A stretch of DNA of 64,000 nt from an uncultured virus (IMG/VR IMGVR_UViG_3300038520_001826) (taxonomy: Duplodnaviria > Heunggongvirae > Uroviricota > Caudoviricetes). The stretch is from IMG/VR virus record IMGVR_UViG_3300038520_001826. The stretch is one strand, 5' to 3'. Below are positions 26,475-36,692 of this stretch, one piece after another. The notes under the pieces are model-generated. The model saw only the letters and a list, made by a program, of their open reading frames with translations. It was not told where the DNA came from and did not search any database. Each line of letters opens with the position of its first letter. Positions within the stretch are counted from its first letter, which is position 1. Made by a program: the position numbers and the translations under genes.

Positions 26475-28112
26475 ATGGTGGAAGAGAAGAGAAGATTCTC
26501 CATTACTAACCTATTTAGGCGTTCTACTCCAAAACCTGCCGATAGACAAATTTATAACATAGGTATTCAAGAAAGAAGAAATCAACAGATGATGACTGCA
26601 CCAATCATCTATTCGATGGTGCAACAGTCTGTTATTGTTAGGACTTGCATTACTCAATTAAAGCAAGAAATCTTTAGAAGAGGATATGTTTGGGAAAAGT
26701 CTTATGAAGCCCTTTGTAAAAATTGTGGTAAAAAACATCAAAAACCTGTTACAGAATGTTCTCGTTGTGGCTCAGAAGACTTAAGACTTCCAGACCCAAA
26801 ACAGTTAGAATACATTGAAAAGTTCTTAGATAGATACGTCAATAAATCCGAACAGTTATTCATTGATGTTCTTAGGGAACTTGAAGATGATTTAAATACA
26901 ATGGATGATGCATACATTGTAATGGTAAAAGAGTATTTTATTGACGGTAATGGTAAAATACGAATGCATCGAGTAAAAGAATTATACAGGGGCGACCCTG
27001 TAACTATGTATATTTATGCTGATGAAAATGGTGTAAGAGGAACAAAGGGTTTCACTTGCGTAAATCATCGTGATATTATTGCTACCGAACCACATGAAAC
27101 TTGTGAAGTTTGTGGCAGTAATTTATTTCCTATTCATTATGTAAATAGAGTTGGAGGCGAAGACCAATACTTTTTAGAAGGAGAAGTGCTTCATTTTAGT
27201 AAATACAGTCCATCTCGTCTTTATGGATTATCACCTATTTTAACTCTCTATAACCATATTATGACTTTGATTGCTATGGAGAATTACGTCAATTCATCCT
27301 ATACAAAGAGTAGAATGCCAAGAGGTCTATTAGCAGTTCAAACAAGAAACATGGAGTCTATGCGCTCTTTCTGGAGGTCTGTTAAAGAAAAGATGGAACA
27401 AGACCCGCACTTCATTCCCGTCATGGGAATCGAAGCAGAGAACGGTAAAGGGGCCGTTGAATGGATTAAGTTCATGGACAGTCTGAAGGAGATGGATTAC
27501 GTTTCAGTCAAGGATGATTTGCGGGATAGAATTTCAGCATTCTATGGTGTCAGTAAAGTATTTATGGCTGATAACACTACAAGTGGTGGATTAAACAACG
27601 AAGGTATGCAGATTCTTGTTACAAATAGAGCAGTTCAAATGGCTCAGAATGTATATAATAATTATGTATTTCCGTTTTTGGTTAAACAGTTTGGAATTAC
27701 AGATTGGAATTTAAGATTACCACCAAGCGAAGAAGAAGATGAAATTGCAGTATTGCGTAAAAGAGAAATTGAAGTCAATATTGCAGCATCAATTAAGAAT
27801 TTAGGATTTGAAATTGAAATGGATGAAGATGGCCAATTCACTTATACTAAACCTGAACCTAAAGAAGAAAAACCAGAAGAAGGTGAAGATATGATAGAAA
27901 ATGACCCATTAGCAGGTTCTAATTTAGACCAAAGGGATTTAGATGAACAAGCGAGACAATTTGCTCAAAGTGGAGGAAAACCACAAGAAAATCCACCTGC
28001 TACAAGAAATAAGCCATCAATGAGTACTGGGCCTGATAAAAGATTACAAGGATTACCTCAAGATGCAGGGAATCAAAACGTAGATAGAAGAAGTGAAAGG
28101 AGAGTTGGATGA
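26475..28112 (+). CDS. portal protein with Zn-ribbon insertions
   Basis: YGLSPI, MPRGLL, ISAFYGV portal-like motifs; between TerL and protease/MCP; CKNC..CSRC and CVNH..CEVC. Confidence 0.88.
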   Translation: MVEEKRRFSITNLFRRSTPKPADRQIYNIGIQERRNQQMMTAPIIYSMVQQSVIVRTCITQLKQEIFRRGYVWEKSYEALCKNCGKKHQKPVTECSRCGSEDLRLPDPKQLEYIEKFLDRYVNKSEQLFIDVLRELEDDLNTMDDAYIVMVKEYFIDGNGKIRMHRVKELYRGDPVTMYIYADENGVRGTKGFTCVNHRDIIATEPHETCEVCGSNLFPIHYVNRVGGEDQYFLEGEVLHFSKYSPSRLYGLSPILTLYNHIMTLIAMENYVNSSYTKSRMPRGLLAVQTRNMESMRSFWRSVKEKMEQDPHFIPVMGIEAENGKGAVEWIKFMDSLKEMDYVSVKDDLRDRISAFYGVSKVFMADNTTSGGLNNEGMQILVTNRAVQMAQNVYNNYVFPFLVKQFGITDWNLRLPPSEEEDEIAVLRKREIEVNIAASIKNLGFEIEMDEDGQFTYTKPEPKEEKPEEGEDMIENDPLAGSNLDQRDLDEQARQFAQSGGKPQENPPATRNKPSMSTGPDKRLQGLPQDAGNQNVDRRSERRVG

Positions 28113-28113
28113 T

Positions 28114-28341
28114 ATGAGCGAAGATAGTAAGCAAAAAGAAATTAGGCTAAGAAAAGAATTAGCAAAGGTAAAGGCGCAAAATGCAAGTGAATCAAGAAAG
28201 ATTACAAAGAACCGTGATTTTTCTGTTGGTGGCATTCCACCAGATACTACGCATAAGCGAACAAATACATCAAATGATGTTCCTGATGCTATTCTCTTGC
28301 CATCAAAGCGAAGAGGAAAGAAAGAAAACATTCCATTTTGA
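28114..28341 (+). CDS. hypothetical protein
   Basis: Short ORF after the portal. Confidence 0.6.
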   Translation: MSEDSKQKEIRLRKELAKVKAQNASESRKITKNRDFSVGGIPPDTTHKRTNTSNDVPDAILLPSKRRGKKENIPF

Positions 28342-28352
28342 GGCGATTCTAA

Positions 28353-30653
28353 ATGATGCATCGTATTATTCTTAAAGGAGCAGATGACTGCGTATTTACT
28401 ATGTTGTCTATTATTTATGATGACATTGTAAATAAAATTGAAAAAGCAAAATATACGATGGAAGAAGGTCTTGAAACAAAGGATAGAGATGAAGCCGTTC
28501 AAGCATTAGATAAACTTCTAAATACTAAGGTTAAAGAAGAAGGCGGTAAATTAATTGTTTCTAATGATGGAAGTTCTTTGAAGAATTACATTGGTAAGAA
28601 TAAACCCCTCTTGAATACTTTATTGTTTAGTAGAGAATATACAGATAGGCCACAAAAAGAAGCAAGTAAATTACCTTCTGTTGATATTCAAAGACTACAA
28701 GTTTTAACAAAATACAAAAATTCTAAAGAACTCTTAGAAGCCTTTAAGAAGTTAGACTACAATAAGACTTTTAAAACTGAAAAGGGTGAAATTAAACCAA
28801 AGTATTTTAAAAATAAAACTATTAAAGTGCCTGAAGATTTCGATTCTTCTAAACTAGAAGCACAAATAGAAAAATTAGAGGAAAAGTACACTAAAGATGT
28901 CGAAAGAATTGGTATAAGAATAGGAACATATGATGAAAAGACAAAAAGACCTAAAGATGCCACTGAAAAAATGTTAGAAGAATATAAGAAGTCCCTTAAA
29001 GAATATAGAGAGGGAGTCAAAAAAATTACTGATAAAATTGATAAATTAAAGGGAAAAACAAAAGAAAAGACAATTAAAATCTTTAAAGACAATTTTTCAG
29101 ATGATATTAAAGAGTTCAATAATAATAAAAGATTACTTTCTCGATTTATTGAAACCGATGACGAAGGAAATGTGAAGGCAATAGAAGGATTAAATAAACT
29201 AATTAAAGATGCTCCTCAAAAAATTAAAGAAATGAAATCAGCACAAAAAGACATTGATTCAAAAGAAACTGACGCTCTTTCATTATTTTTAAATTCACCT
29301 GCTCCTAAATACGTGGGTGTATCAGGTTCAGTTACAAGACGAGGTAAAGGCACTAATTATGATATTCTCATATATGATTTAAGAAAGGTTTTAGTTCTTT
29401 TATTAAATGCATTTGGCCCTGAATACAAGAGACAAGTAAATACAATGATGGAGAAAATTAAAGATTCTCTTTCTAATGAAATGGAAAGGCTAAAAGATAT
29501 TAAAGTATCTGATGAAACTGCTAGGGCCGTTCAACAAGAAGGAAAACTTACTGATGAAATGGATTCGTTTTACACTAAGTTATCAAAGGTTCTAAGAGAA
29601 TTGAATTCAGAAAGAGCCGTTGTAGATTTCTTTAAAGAAAAACCATTCTCAAAACAAAGACTTATCCGAATGATTATGGAAGATAAAGACTACCTTAAGT
29701 ATAGAATCCCGAAAGCAAAAGAAAGTGATAAGTTAATTCTATTAAAAGATAAGATGGCTGAACCTTCTCAAATTGGTGATATTAAGGAAAGGCTTAACAA
29801 AAAGAATATCTCCAAAATTATTACTATTCTAATTAAAAATAAAATTAGTCCAAGTGAATTATTTACTGTAAAAGATAAGGCTACTGTTAAGTCAAAGTTT
29901 AAGAAATATACTGATGACCTTTCTGATATTGTTGAAAGAGTAGAAAATATGACAATTAACATTAAAAACGAATTAGAAAGTCAGATTGACGAGGCTAAGG
30001 AAATTATTGTTATTCAGGAACAAATTGGAAAAGATGATTTTACTAATTTAAAACAAGACCTACAATCAATTGATGATAAAATTAGTGCAATAAAGTTAAA
30101 AGAATTAGAAACTTACGCTAATTACCTTAGACAACAATTAAGTAAGCCAATAAAAGAAAAAGAATCTAAAGAACCAATAGGAGAAAAAGATGCAGAAGAA
30201 TATATAAAAATTCAAGAGATGACTTCAAGCGCATTAGTAGTATATACTAAGAAACTTAGAAATCTTATTGAAGAAAGCGAGAAGCAATATAAAAAATTAT
30301 CAGAAGAATATGATAAATTAGAAGAAAAAAGGTTTGAAGAACCTCAAAAATATTCTGCTCGTAAGGAAGAACTAAAAAACTTTAAAACAAATCAAATCAA
30401 ATTAAGAAAAGATATAGTTGGATTTAAGAGAGAACTTTACAATGTTGAAGCAAAACTAGAAAATCTTATCAGAATAGTAACAGTATTGCGACAAAAACCT
30501 TTATTTGAAAAATTCAATGAAGCATTTATGAGTAGAGATAAAGATGATATTAAGCGACTAGAAAATGCAATGAGAAGAGTTAAAAGAATATTGCGAGCGA
30601 AGGAAGCACCAAAGGGAGCAACAGCAAAAAGAAATTTAAGGAGAGGAAAGTAA
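28353..30653 (+). CDS. large coiled-coil protein (head region)
   Basis: 766 aa, K/E-rich heptads; begins MMHRIILKG. Confidence 0.8.
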   Translation: MMHRIILKGADDCVFTMLSIIYDDIVNKIEKAKYTMEEGLETKDRDEAVQALDKLLNTKVKEEGGKLIVSNDGSSLKNYIGKNKPLLNTLLFSREYTDRPQKEASKLPSVDIQRLQVLTKYKNSKELLEAFKKLDYNKTFKTEKGEIKPKYFKNKTIKVPEDFDSSKLEAQIEKLEEKYTKDVERIGIRIGTYDEKTKRPKDATEKMLEEYKKSLKEYREGVKKITDKIDKLKGKTKEKTIKIFKDNFSDDIKEFNNNKRLLSRFIETDDEGNVKAIEGLNKLIKDAPQKIKEMKSAQKDIDSKETDALSLFLNSPAPKYVGVSGSVTRRGKGTNYDILIYDLRKVLVLLLNAFGPEYKRQVNTMMEKIKDSLSNEMERLKDIKVSDETARAVQQEGKLTDEMDSFYTKLSKVLRELNSERAVVDFFKEKPFSKQRLIRMIMEDKDYLKYRIPKAKESDKLILLKDKMAEPSQIGDIKERLNKKNISKIITILIKNKISPSELFTVKDKATVKSKFKKYTDDLSDIVERVENMTINIKNELESQIDEAKEIIVIQEQIGKDDFTNLKQDLQSIDDKISAIKLKELETYANYLRQQLSKPIKEKESKEPIGEKDAEEYIKIQEMTSSALVVYTKKLRNLIEESEKQYKKLSEEYDKLEEKRFEEPQKYSARKEELKNFKTNQIKLRKDIVGFKRELYNVEAKLENLIRIVTVLRQKPLFEKFNEAFMSRDKDDIKRLENAMRRVKRILRAKEAPKGATAKRNLRRGK

Positions 30654-31027
30654 TGACATGGGATTTTTACGATACAGGAGAAGATTTTATTCTCAAAGAA
30701 AAAAAAGTAGCAAAGAATCTACTAGATACATTAAGTCCTAAAGAAAGAAAAATATTGAAAAAGAAAGTTCAATCGGCATCACCGACTGAATTCTTTGGAC
30801 AAGACTTTACTAAATTAGGAGAACTTATCGAGTCTTTAAGAGAAATCAATTTTATTAAAACAGATGATAAGTTAAAAAAGAAAATGAAATCAATGGATGA
30901 AAGGAATATTGATATAGTTGCCACAGCATCCAAACTTCGTAAGGAGTATGAGTTGCTCTATCGTCAATTGCGAGATTTAGTTTATCCACCAAAGAAAGGA
31001 GAGAAAAAAGATGACAGAAAAGAATGA
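30653..31027 (+). CDS. hypothetical protein
   Basis: TAATG coupling; MTWDFY...FILKE. Confidence 0.75.
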   Translation: MTWDFYDTGEDFILKEKKVAKNLLDTLSPKERKILKKKVQSASPTEFFGQDFTKLGELIESLREINFIKTDDKLKKKMKSMDERNIDIVATASKLRKEYELLYRQLRDLVYPPKKGEKKDDRKE

Positions 31028-31253
31028 AGTTAGTAATGATATTTTGGCTATATTGAAAGCCCTAACAGATAAGATTGAATCATTAGAGAGAACAGTTTAT
31101 GCAAAGGATAATTTGTTAATGAAATCTGGTCTTGTTGTTTCAGAGAGTCCTACTCCATCAATGGACAATAAAATTGCTTCACCAGTAGGTGATGTAGCAA
31201 GCATGGATTGGTCTGAAATTCATAAAATGGTGGAAAAGGTAGGAGGTCAGTGA
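31011..31253 (+). CDS. small scaffold-like protein ending MDWSEIHKMV
   Basis: Coiled coil plus a C-terminal motif nearly identical to the protease/scaffold C-terminus. Confidence 0.7.
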   Translation: MTEKNEVSNDILAILKALTDKIESLERTVYAKDNLLMKSGLVVSESPTPSMDNKIASPVGDVASMDWSEIHKMVEKVGGQ

Positions 31254-31254
31254 T

Positions 31255-31500
31255 ATGCCTGAAAGAATAACAAAAGAAGAAAGAATGGTTTCCTTAGCCA
31301 TTGAAAAAGCAAGAATCGCTAAGGAAAAATTAAGCGAAAAAAAGAGAATGAATATAGAACCTACTCAAGTAAATCCAGTTGATACTACGGTAGAAGTACA
31401 AAAGATTACAAGACCTAAAGTTCAAGATGCTTCAAAGATTACAAATCAAACTCAAGACAAAGAAGGTTATGGTTTGGCTGGCGAAAGTAGAGTTAAGTGA
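31255..31500 (+). CDS. hypothetical protein
   Basis: ORF with RBS in the head module. Confidence 0.65.
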   Translation: MPERITKEERMVSLAIEKARIAKEKLSEKKRMNIEPTQVNPVDTTVEVQKITRPKVQDASKITNQTQDKEGYGLAGESRVK

Positions 31501-31506
31501 TAATCC

Positions 31507-34008
31507 ATGCCTCTTCTCATTGAAAAGGATAAAGATTCTTCTGAAGAGATTATACGTCTTTTCGAGAAAACAAGAGTCGCTTATCTATCTGCTCGCACCG
31601 ACCCCAAAGAATATGGGAATAGGTGGCGTAAAGCAATTGATGACATTAGAGAAATCTATGAGCAATTGAATGAACTTAGTAAAGAAATGAAAAATTTTGT
31701 TCAAGAAAACGAATTAGAAAACAAAGAAGCAAAAGACCCTACAAGTAATATCGCTGAAAAGATTTACAACGGTATTAAAGAAATGCGATTCAGTTCTGAT
31801 TTAATTTCAGACCCATTCGCAAGAAAATACAAAGGGGATGTTCTTGAAGGATTGCTTTCTTCTCCAGAAATGATGGTCAAATTTGTTCACTATGCTTTAA
31901 GAAATGATGATAAAGCACTTCCAAAAGAAGTTTGGAGCATTAAAGACATGGAAGCCGACACGATAACTGATGGGTTGAAAGGACTTGACCTAGATGAAGA
32001 GGACATTCCTCTCTATATTATCGAACAGTATGGTGACGATAAAGACTCAAAAAAGGTAGAAAGCAAAGTTAAGGCTGCCTTAGAGATATTAGAAACGTTA
32101 TTTTTCTCCAAATACTCAAAAGAAGATTTAAAAGACTTGAAGGAAATTGATGGTATTGAAAAGTCCGAACAAAAATCTAAAAGTGATTTCATCATTCCTA
32201 ATAAACCAATGTATAGAATCTTCGATATTGATGACATGAATGAATTAAAGGGCTTCTCAGGAAATTACCTTGTTCAAGAAAAGTATGATGGTATGAGAAT
32301 ACAGATTCATAAGATTGATGGTAATGTTCGTATCTATTCATATAATGAAAAAGATATTTCTGAAAAGTGCAAAAAACAGGTTGAAGAACTTAAAAAGAAA
32401 AAGTATGGAGATTGCATTCTTGATGGCGAATTGATTCTTTTTGACGGTGACGAAGCCCTACATCGTGCTGATACTATTGCTCATGTATTTAAGAATAAAT
32501 ACCCTGATGCTAAGTTAAGAGCGCACGTTTTTGACATTATGAGACACAATGAACAAGAATTAGTAGAAGAAGAACTTGATAATCGAATCAATACTTTATT
32601 TAACAACTATTCAATGCATTCAACAGAAGCAATAGCATTTCCATCAAAGAAAGATACAAGAACTGCTGATAACTTGAAGGATGTGGAAGAGTATGCGAAA
32701 GAGATTATGGATATGCCTACATCCGAAGGCGTAGTTATCAAGGATATGACCTCGACGTATTACATAGGCACAAGAAAGAATCCTAAGTGGATTAAGTGGA
32801 AGAAGTTTGTTGATTTGGATTTAATTGTTCTTGATAAGAAAACTACAAAATCAAATCTAAATTCATATACATTGGGAGCAGGGCCAGCCGAAGGAGAAGG
32901 AAAGTTTTATTCTGAAATTGAAGGTAAAGTCTATATGGATGTTGGTAAGGCATTAAATACCAAAATAGATGTAGATATTGGAGATATTGTTCGAGTTAAG
33001 GTTGATGAAGTTAAAAAGAATGGAGATAGATATACTTTGTTTTCTGCAAAGGTTATTGAAGTTCCTGAAGTTGAATATCCCGACAAAATTGTTACACTAG
33101 AAATGCTTTCACAAGATACTAAGAAATCATTGAATTATGATGTTAAAGCATTAGAAAAGGGAATTATTGTTACAGACCATATTCATGGAGAAACTAATGT
33201 AATTATTAAATCCGATTTTGATGGTTTTACTATTTATGGTTTTGAAGAAAGTAATCTTATGTCTAAGAACGCATTAATTGATATTGATATGTGGAAGGCA
33301 CAAGCCGAGGAGATAATGAAAACTAAGCAATCACAATTAACTCAAATAGTATTTAATCATTTAAAAGAAAACGGTTCCAAAACTCCCAAAGAAATACACA
33401 ACTTCTTAGTTAAAAATCATAAATCTATTTATGAAGACATATTGGAAAGTAAATTAAATAGAGTCAAGGATTGGTTTGAAAATAGAGATGGCATTTCTTT
33501 TGATATGAAAACTAAAAAATTATTTTCTGAGGATGATAAAGTTATTAAAGAACCAGCGATGTTAAAAGCATATAAAACTCCAGAAGAATATCGTAAAGGT
33601 AATTTTAAGATTTATTTGAGAGATGATAATAATTTAAACTTTACAATATCTGTTGGCGGAGAAACAATGCATTGGTATATTGAACTTAATGAAGAGGATG
33701 ATATCTTCGATTTATTTGGAAAGGCGGGTAAATATCCTGCTGAAGTTTCAAAGAATGTTTCTAAGGATAAGGTAATTGATTCTGGCAAAATTGAATTAGG
33801 ACTACAAAGGCATGGTTATCATGAGTATTTCTTAGAAGGAAATAAGTTTGAAACAAAATTACACATTAGAGTATTACCTGTAAAAGATAAGAAAATGTGG
33901 CTTGCATGGACTGGATTCAAACAAACCCCTGCTGATAAGGACAATGACGAAGGAATCTGGAACATCTATGAGGATAGGTTTAACGAATTAACCATACCAC
34001 AAGAGTAA
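31507..34008 (+). CDS. lig: ATP-dependent DNA ligase with N- and C-terminal extra domains
   Basis: EKYDGMR (motif I), LDGEL (III), VFDIM (IIIa), EGVVIK (IV), WIKWK (V), then OB-fold-like segment. Confidence 0.92.
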   Translation: MPLLIEKDKDSSEEIIRLFEKTRVAYLSARTDPKEYGNRWRKAIDDIREIYEQLNELSKEMKNFVQENELENKEAKDPTSNIAEKIYNGIKEMRFSSDLISDPFARKYKGDVLEGLLSSPEMMVKFVHYALRNDDKALPKEVWSIKDMEADTITDGLKGLDLDEEDIPLYIIEQYGDDKDSKKVESKVKAALEILETLFFSKYSKEDLKDLKEIDGIEKSEQKSKSDFIIPNKPMYRIFDIDDMNELKGFSGNYLVQEKYDGMRIQIHKIDGNVRIYSYNEKDISEKCKKQVEELKKKKYGDCILDGELILFDGDEALHRADTIAHVFKNKYPDAKLRAHVFDIMRHNEQELVEEELDNRINTLFNNYSMHSTEAIAFPSKKDTRTADNLKDVEEYAKEIMDMPTSEGVVIKDMTSTYYIGTRKNPKWIKWKKFVDLDLIVLDKKTTKSNLNSYTLGAGPAEGEGKFYSEIEGKVYMDVGKALNTKIDVDIGDIVRVKVDEVKKNGDRYTLFSAKVIEVPEVEYPDKIVTLEMLSQDTKKSLNYDVKALEKGIIVTDHIHGETNVIIKSDFDGFTIYGFEESNLMSKNALIDIDMWKAQAEEIMKTKQSQLTQIVFNHLKENGSKTPKEIHNFLVKNHKSIYEDILESKLNRVKDWFENRDGISFDMKTKKLFSEDDKVIKEPAMLKAYKTPEEYRKGNFKIYLRDDNNLNFTISVGGETMHWYIELNEEDDIFDLFGKAGKYPAEVSKNVSKDKVIDSGKIELGLQRHGYHEYFLEGNKFETKLHIRVLPVKDKKMWLAWTGFKQTPADKDNDEGIWNIYEDRFNELTIPQE

Positions 34009-34031
34009 AACCGAGCCTATTAAATAGTGAA
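34007..34031 (+). promoter_or_regulatory. late promoter (AAAACCGA..TATTAAATAG)
   Basis: Near-identical element at 37692-37715. Confidence 0.55.
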
Positions 34032-34055
34032 CTGAATTACAAGGAGTTGAAGGAC

Positions 34056-35318
34056 ATGAGCATCAGTATCATGGCAACAAGACATGATGAGTTTAACATT
34101 ATCAAAAGCGATGAACTGATGATTGGTGGATATGCAAGCATTGAAATTGTAGATAAGCAAAATGATTTAATAACCTTAAAAGCATTAAATGAAGCCGTCA
34201 AAAAGTTCATGGAAAAGCCTGAATATAGAAATGTAATGACAAATCATTCAAATGTTCAAGTCGGAGAAGTAGTAGATTCATATAGAGATAAAACAGGGAG
34301 ATTGTGGAAAACAGAAGTAGATGATGTTGGATTCTTTGTTGTAATCAAATTAAGAGATGATATAGAAAAAGCCAAAGAAGTTGGTAGAGGAATTCGCAAA
34401 GGGTCGTTAAGGTCATTTAGCATTGGAGGACAGGCGTTACAGAAATCTAAGAAAACACATTCAGAAATGGGTGAATACAACGAGATTAGTAAATTAGAAC
34501 TGCACGAAGTAACAATATGCGAAAAAGGAATTAATCCCGAAGCGAGATTCGATATTTTAAAACAAGATAAAGGAGAAAGAAATATGTCAGAAAAACTAGC
34601 GAAAGCATTAGAAGAATTAGACGCATTGATGGAAGAAGTCAATACGTTGAGAAAGGAAGAAGAAGAAAAGAAAGAGGATGAGATGACGGATGAAAAAGCC
34701 ATGAATCCTAGAGCGATGGAAATGATGGAGGAAAAAGGCATGTACGGAAAAGGAAGCCATGAAGAAAAGGAAGACGAAATGATGGAAATGCAAGACGTTC
34801 CAACAGACGAAGACGAAATGATGGAATACAAGGAAGAAGCAGAAAAAGCCTATGTTCGTACATTAGATGGTGCAGGTAATCAAATCGGTGAACCTGCTGA
34901 TAGAATCGTCATTAGCGGTGGAAGACCAACATCCTCGGATATGCCTGTTGTTAAGGCATTCAACAACGATGAATTAGATACACTTGATTTATCTGTTGGT
35001 AACATTGAGAAGGCTTACGAGGCTTTCCGACAAGAACAACTTGAAAAGTTGGCTTATGACAACTTACAAAAGTCTTTTGAAGCACGTTTCGCAAGAGAAA
35101 AGGCTTCAAGAGAAAATATTCTCGCAAAGTCACAATATGATGCACAAAGCGAGATTGCATCCCTTAAGGATGAATTTACACAATTAAGAAAGTCTTTGAC
35201 GGCTGAAAAGGAAACAATCCTAAAGGCCCAAGAAGAAGCAAAGATTGAACTCCCAAGTATTGATGATTTGGCTGAAATGGATTGGTCGGATATTCACAAG
35301 ATGGTAGGAGGTTATTAA
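34056..35318 (+). CDS. prohead protease fused to scaffold domain
   Basis: IGGYAS..DKQND, NHS, SFSIGG, LHEVTIC..GINP HK97-type protease motifs; acidic coiled-coil C-terminus; directly upstream of MCP. Confidence 0.9.
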   Translation: MSISIMATRHDEFNIIKSDELMIGGYASIEIVDKQNDLITLKALNEAVKKFMEKPEYRNVMTNHSNVQVGEVVDSYRDKTGRLWKTEVDDVGFFVVIKLRDDIEKAKEVGRGIRKGSLRSFSIGGQALQKSKKTHSEMGEYNEISKLELHEVTICEKGINPEARFDILKQDKGERNMSEKLAKALEELDALMEEVNTLRKEEEEKKEDEMTDEKAMNPRAMEMMEEKGMYGKGSHEEKEDEMMEMQDVPTDEDEMMEYKEEAEKAYVRTLDGAGNQIGEPADRIVISGGRPTSSDMPVVKAFNNDELDTLDLSVGNIEKAYEAFRQEQLEKLAYDNLQKSFEARFAREKASRENILAKSQYDAQSEIASLKDEFTQLRKSLTAEKETILKAQEEAKIELPSIDDLAEMDWSDIHKMVGGY

Positions 35319-35319
35319 G

Positions 35320-36654
35320 ATGGTAGGATATATTAACACTATTGCAGATTTAGAAGCACAAACATACGGAACAAGCACTTTTGCTGGTAATTCTTTACTA
35401 AAGCAAGCAGGAATGGTTGGTGGCATTCATACAGGACATGATGGTGGCCCTGCATTTAGCGGTTCAGCCGTTTCAGATGTTTCAGCCCTATACAATGTCG
35501 TTTATGGACAAAAGGTTTGGTCTATGCTAAACCGTGAAGTTAATGCATTATCAATGATTTCAAAGCGACCATACTCTTCTAGCGGTTGGAGAGTTCTAAA
35601 GTCAAGACCTTCTGGTGGAAGCGGTAATTTGTTTACTGTTGATGCAACTGGTACTGCAACTTTGGCTGAATTAGGTTCAGATGACCCAAGAGCAGACTTA
35701 ATTGGTGGTGTTCCAGAAAATGCAGCACTATCCAACGCAAACGACGGATTAGGCCCAATTGCACCAACATATGCTCAATTAAACATGAGTCCAAAGGTTG
35801 TTGCTCACCAATTTGATTTCAGCGAATTGGCTATGGAAATGGCTCAAATTGACGATGGTATTGGCGACATTAGAGCGCAAATGCGAGAAGACATGGGTAA
35901 GCATCACGCAGAAGTTCAAAACAAGATGTTAGTTATGCCTTTGGAGCATTATGGTGAATCTTCGGCTATGCCTAACATTGCTAACAATTACACTTCATTA
36001 AACAAGGTAGTTACTTCAAGAGCAGAATTATTGGCTATTGATGGTGGAGTTATTGCTACTGATACTACTTCTGCTTCTAACGCATTAGGAAAAATTTACG
36101 GCAATGAGAGATTTAGTGCCGCATCTTTCCTAGATGCTGAAGTTGATTTCGGTTCAGGTTATGCTTCTGGAGATGTTCGTGCTTTGACCCTAACTCGTCT
36201 TAATGACATGATTAGAAACCTAAGACTTGCGGGTGGTTCACCAAAGGTTATTCTAACTGGATATGATACTATTCAAGCACTTGCTGACCTATTGCAAAGT
36301 CAAGAGCGATTTATGGATAGAAAGGAGATTGTACCCACTGTAAATGGTGTTCGTGGAACAAAAGGTCAAGAAGTTGGATTTAGAGTTGCAACATACTACG
36401 ATATTCCATTGATTCCTGTTAAGGATATGTGCCAAACAGGTAACGCTTCAACGAAGTTATCTGACTTATTATTCCTCGATACTGACCATATGTGGCTTTC
36501 TGTTATGAAGCCTACTCAATACTTTGAGGATGGTATCGCTAATGGAAATCCATTTGGTGTAGGTACTCTCGGAAACAGAGCATTGTATCGAACAATTGGT
36601 GAAGTAGGATGTTCCTTCTTTAAGGGTCAAGGTAAGATTACTAACATTCAATGA
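35320..36654 (+). CDS. major capsid protein (HK97 fold)
   Basis: 444 aa directly after the protease; GGSPKVILTG and YYDIPLIP P-domain-like motifs. Confidence 0.88.
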   Translation: MVGYINTIADLEAQTYGTSTFAGNSLLKQAGMVGGIHTGHDGGPAFSGSAVSDVSALYNVVYGQKVWSMLNREVNALSMISKRPYSSSGWRVLKSRPSGGSGNLFTVDATGTATLAELGSDDPRADLIGGVPENAALSNANDGLGPIAPTYAQLNMSPKVVAHQFDFSELAMEMAQIDDGIGDIRAQMREDMGKHHAEVQNKMLVMPLEHYGESSAMPNIANNYTSLNKVVTSRAELLAIDGGVIATDTTSASNALGKIYGNERFSAASFLDAEVDFGSGYASGDVRALTLTRLNDMIRNLRLAGGSPKVILTGYDTIQALADLLQSQERFMDRKEIVPTVNGVRGTKGQEVGFRVATYYDIPLIPVKDMCQTGNASTKLSDLLFLDTDHMWLSVMKPTQYFEDGIANGNPFGVGTLGNRALYRTIGEVGCSFFKGQGKITNIQ

Positions 36655-36692
36655 GGAAAAAAAGGAAAAAAAAGAAAAGGAGATGATTTATT

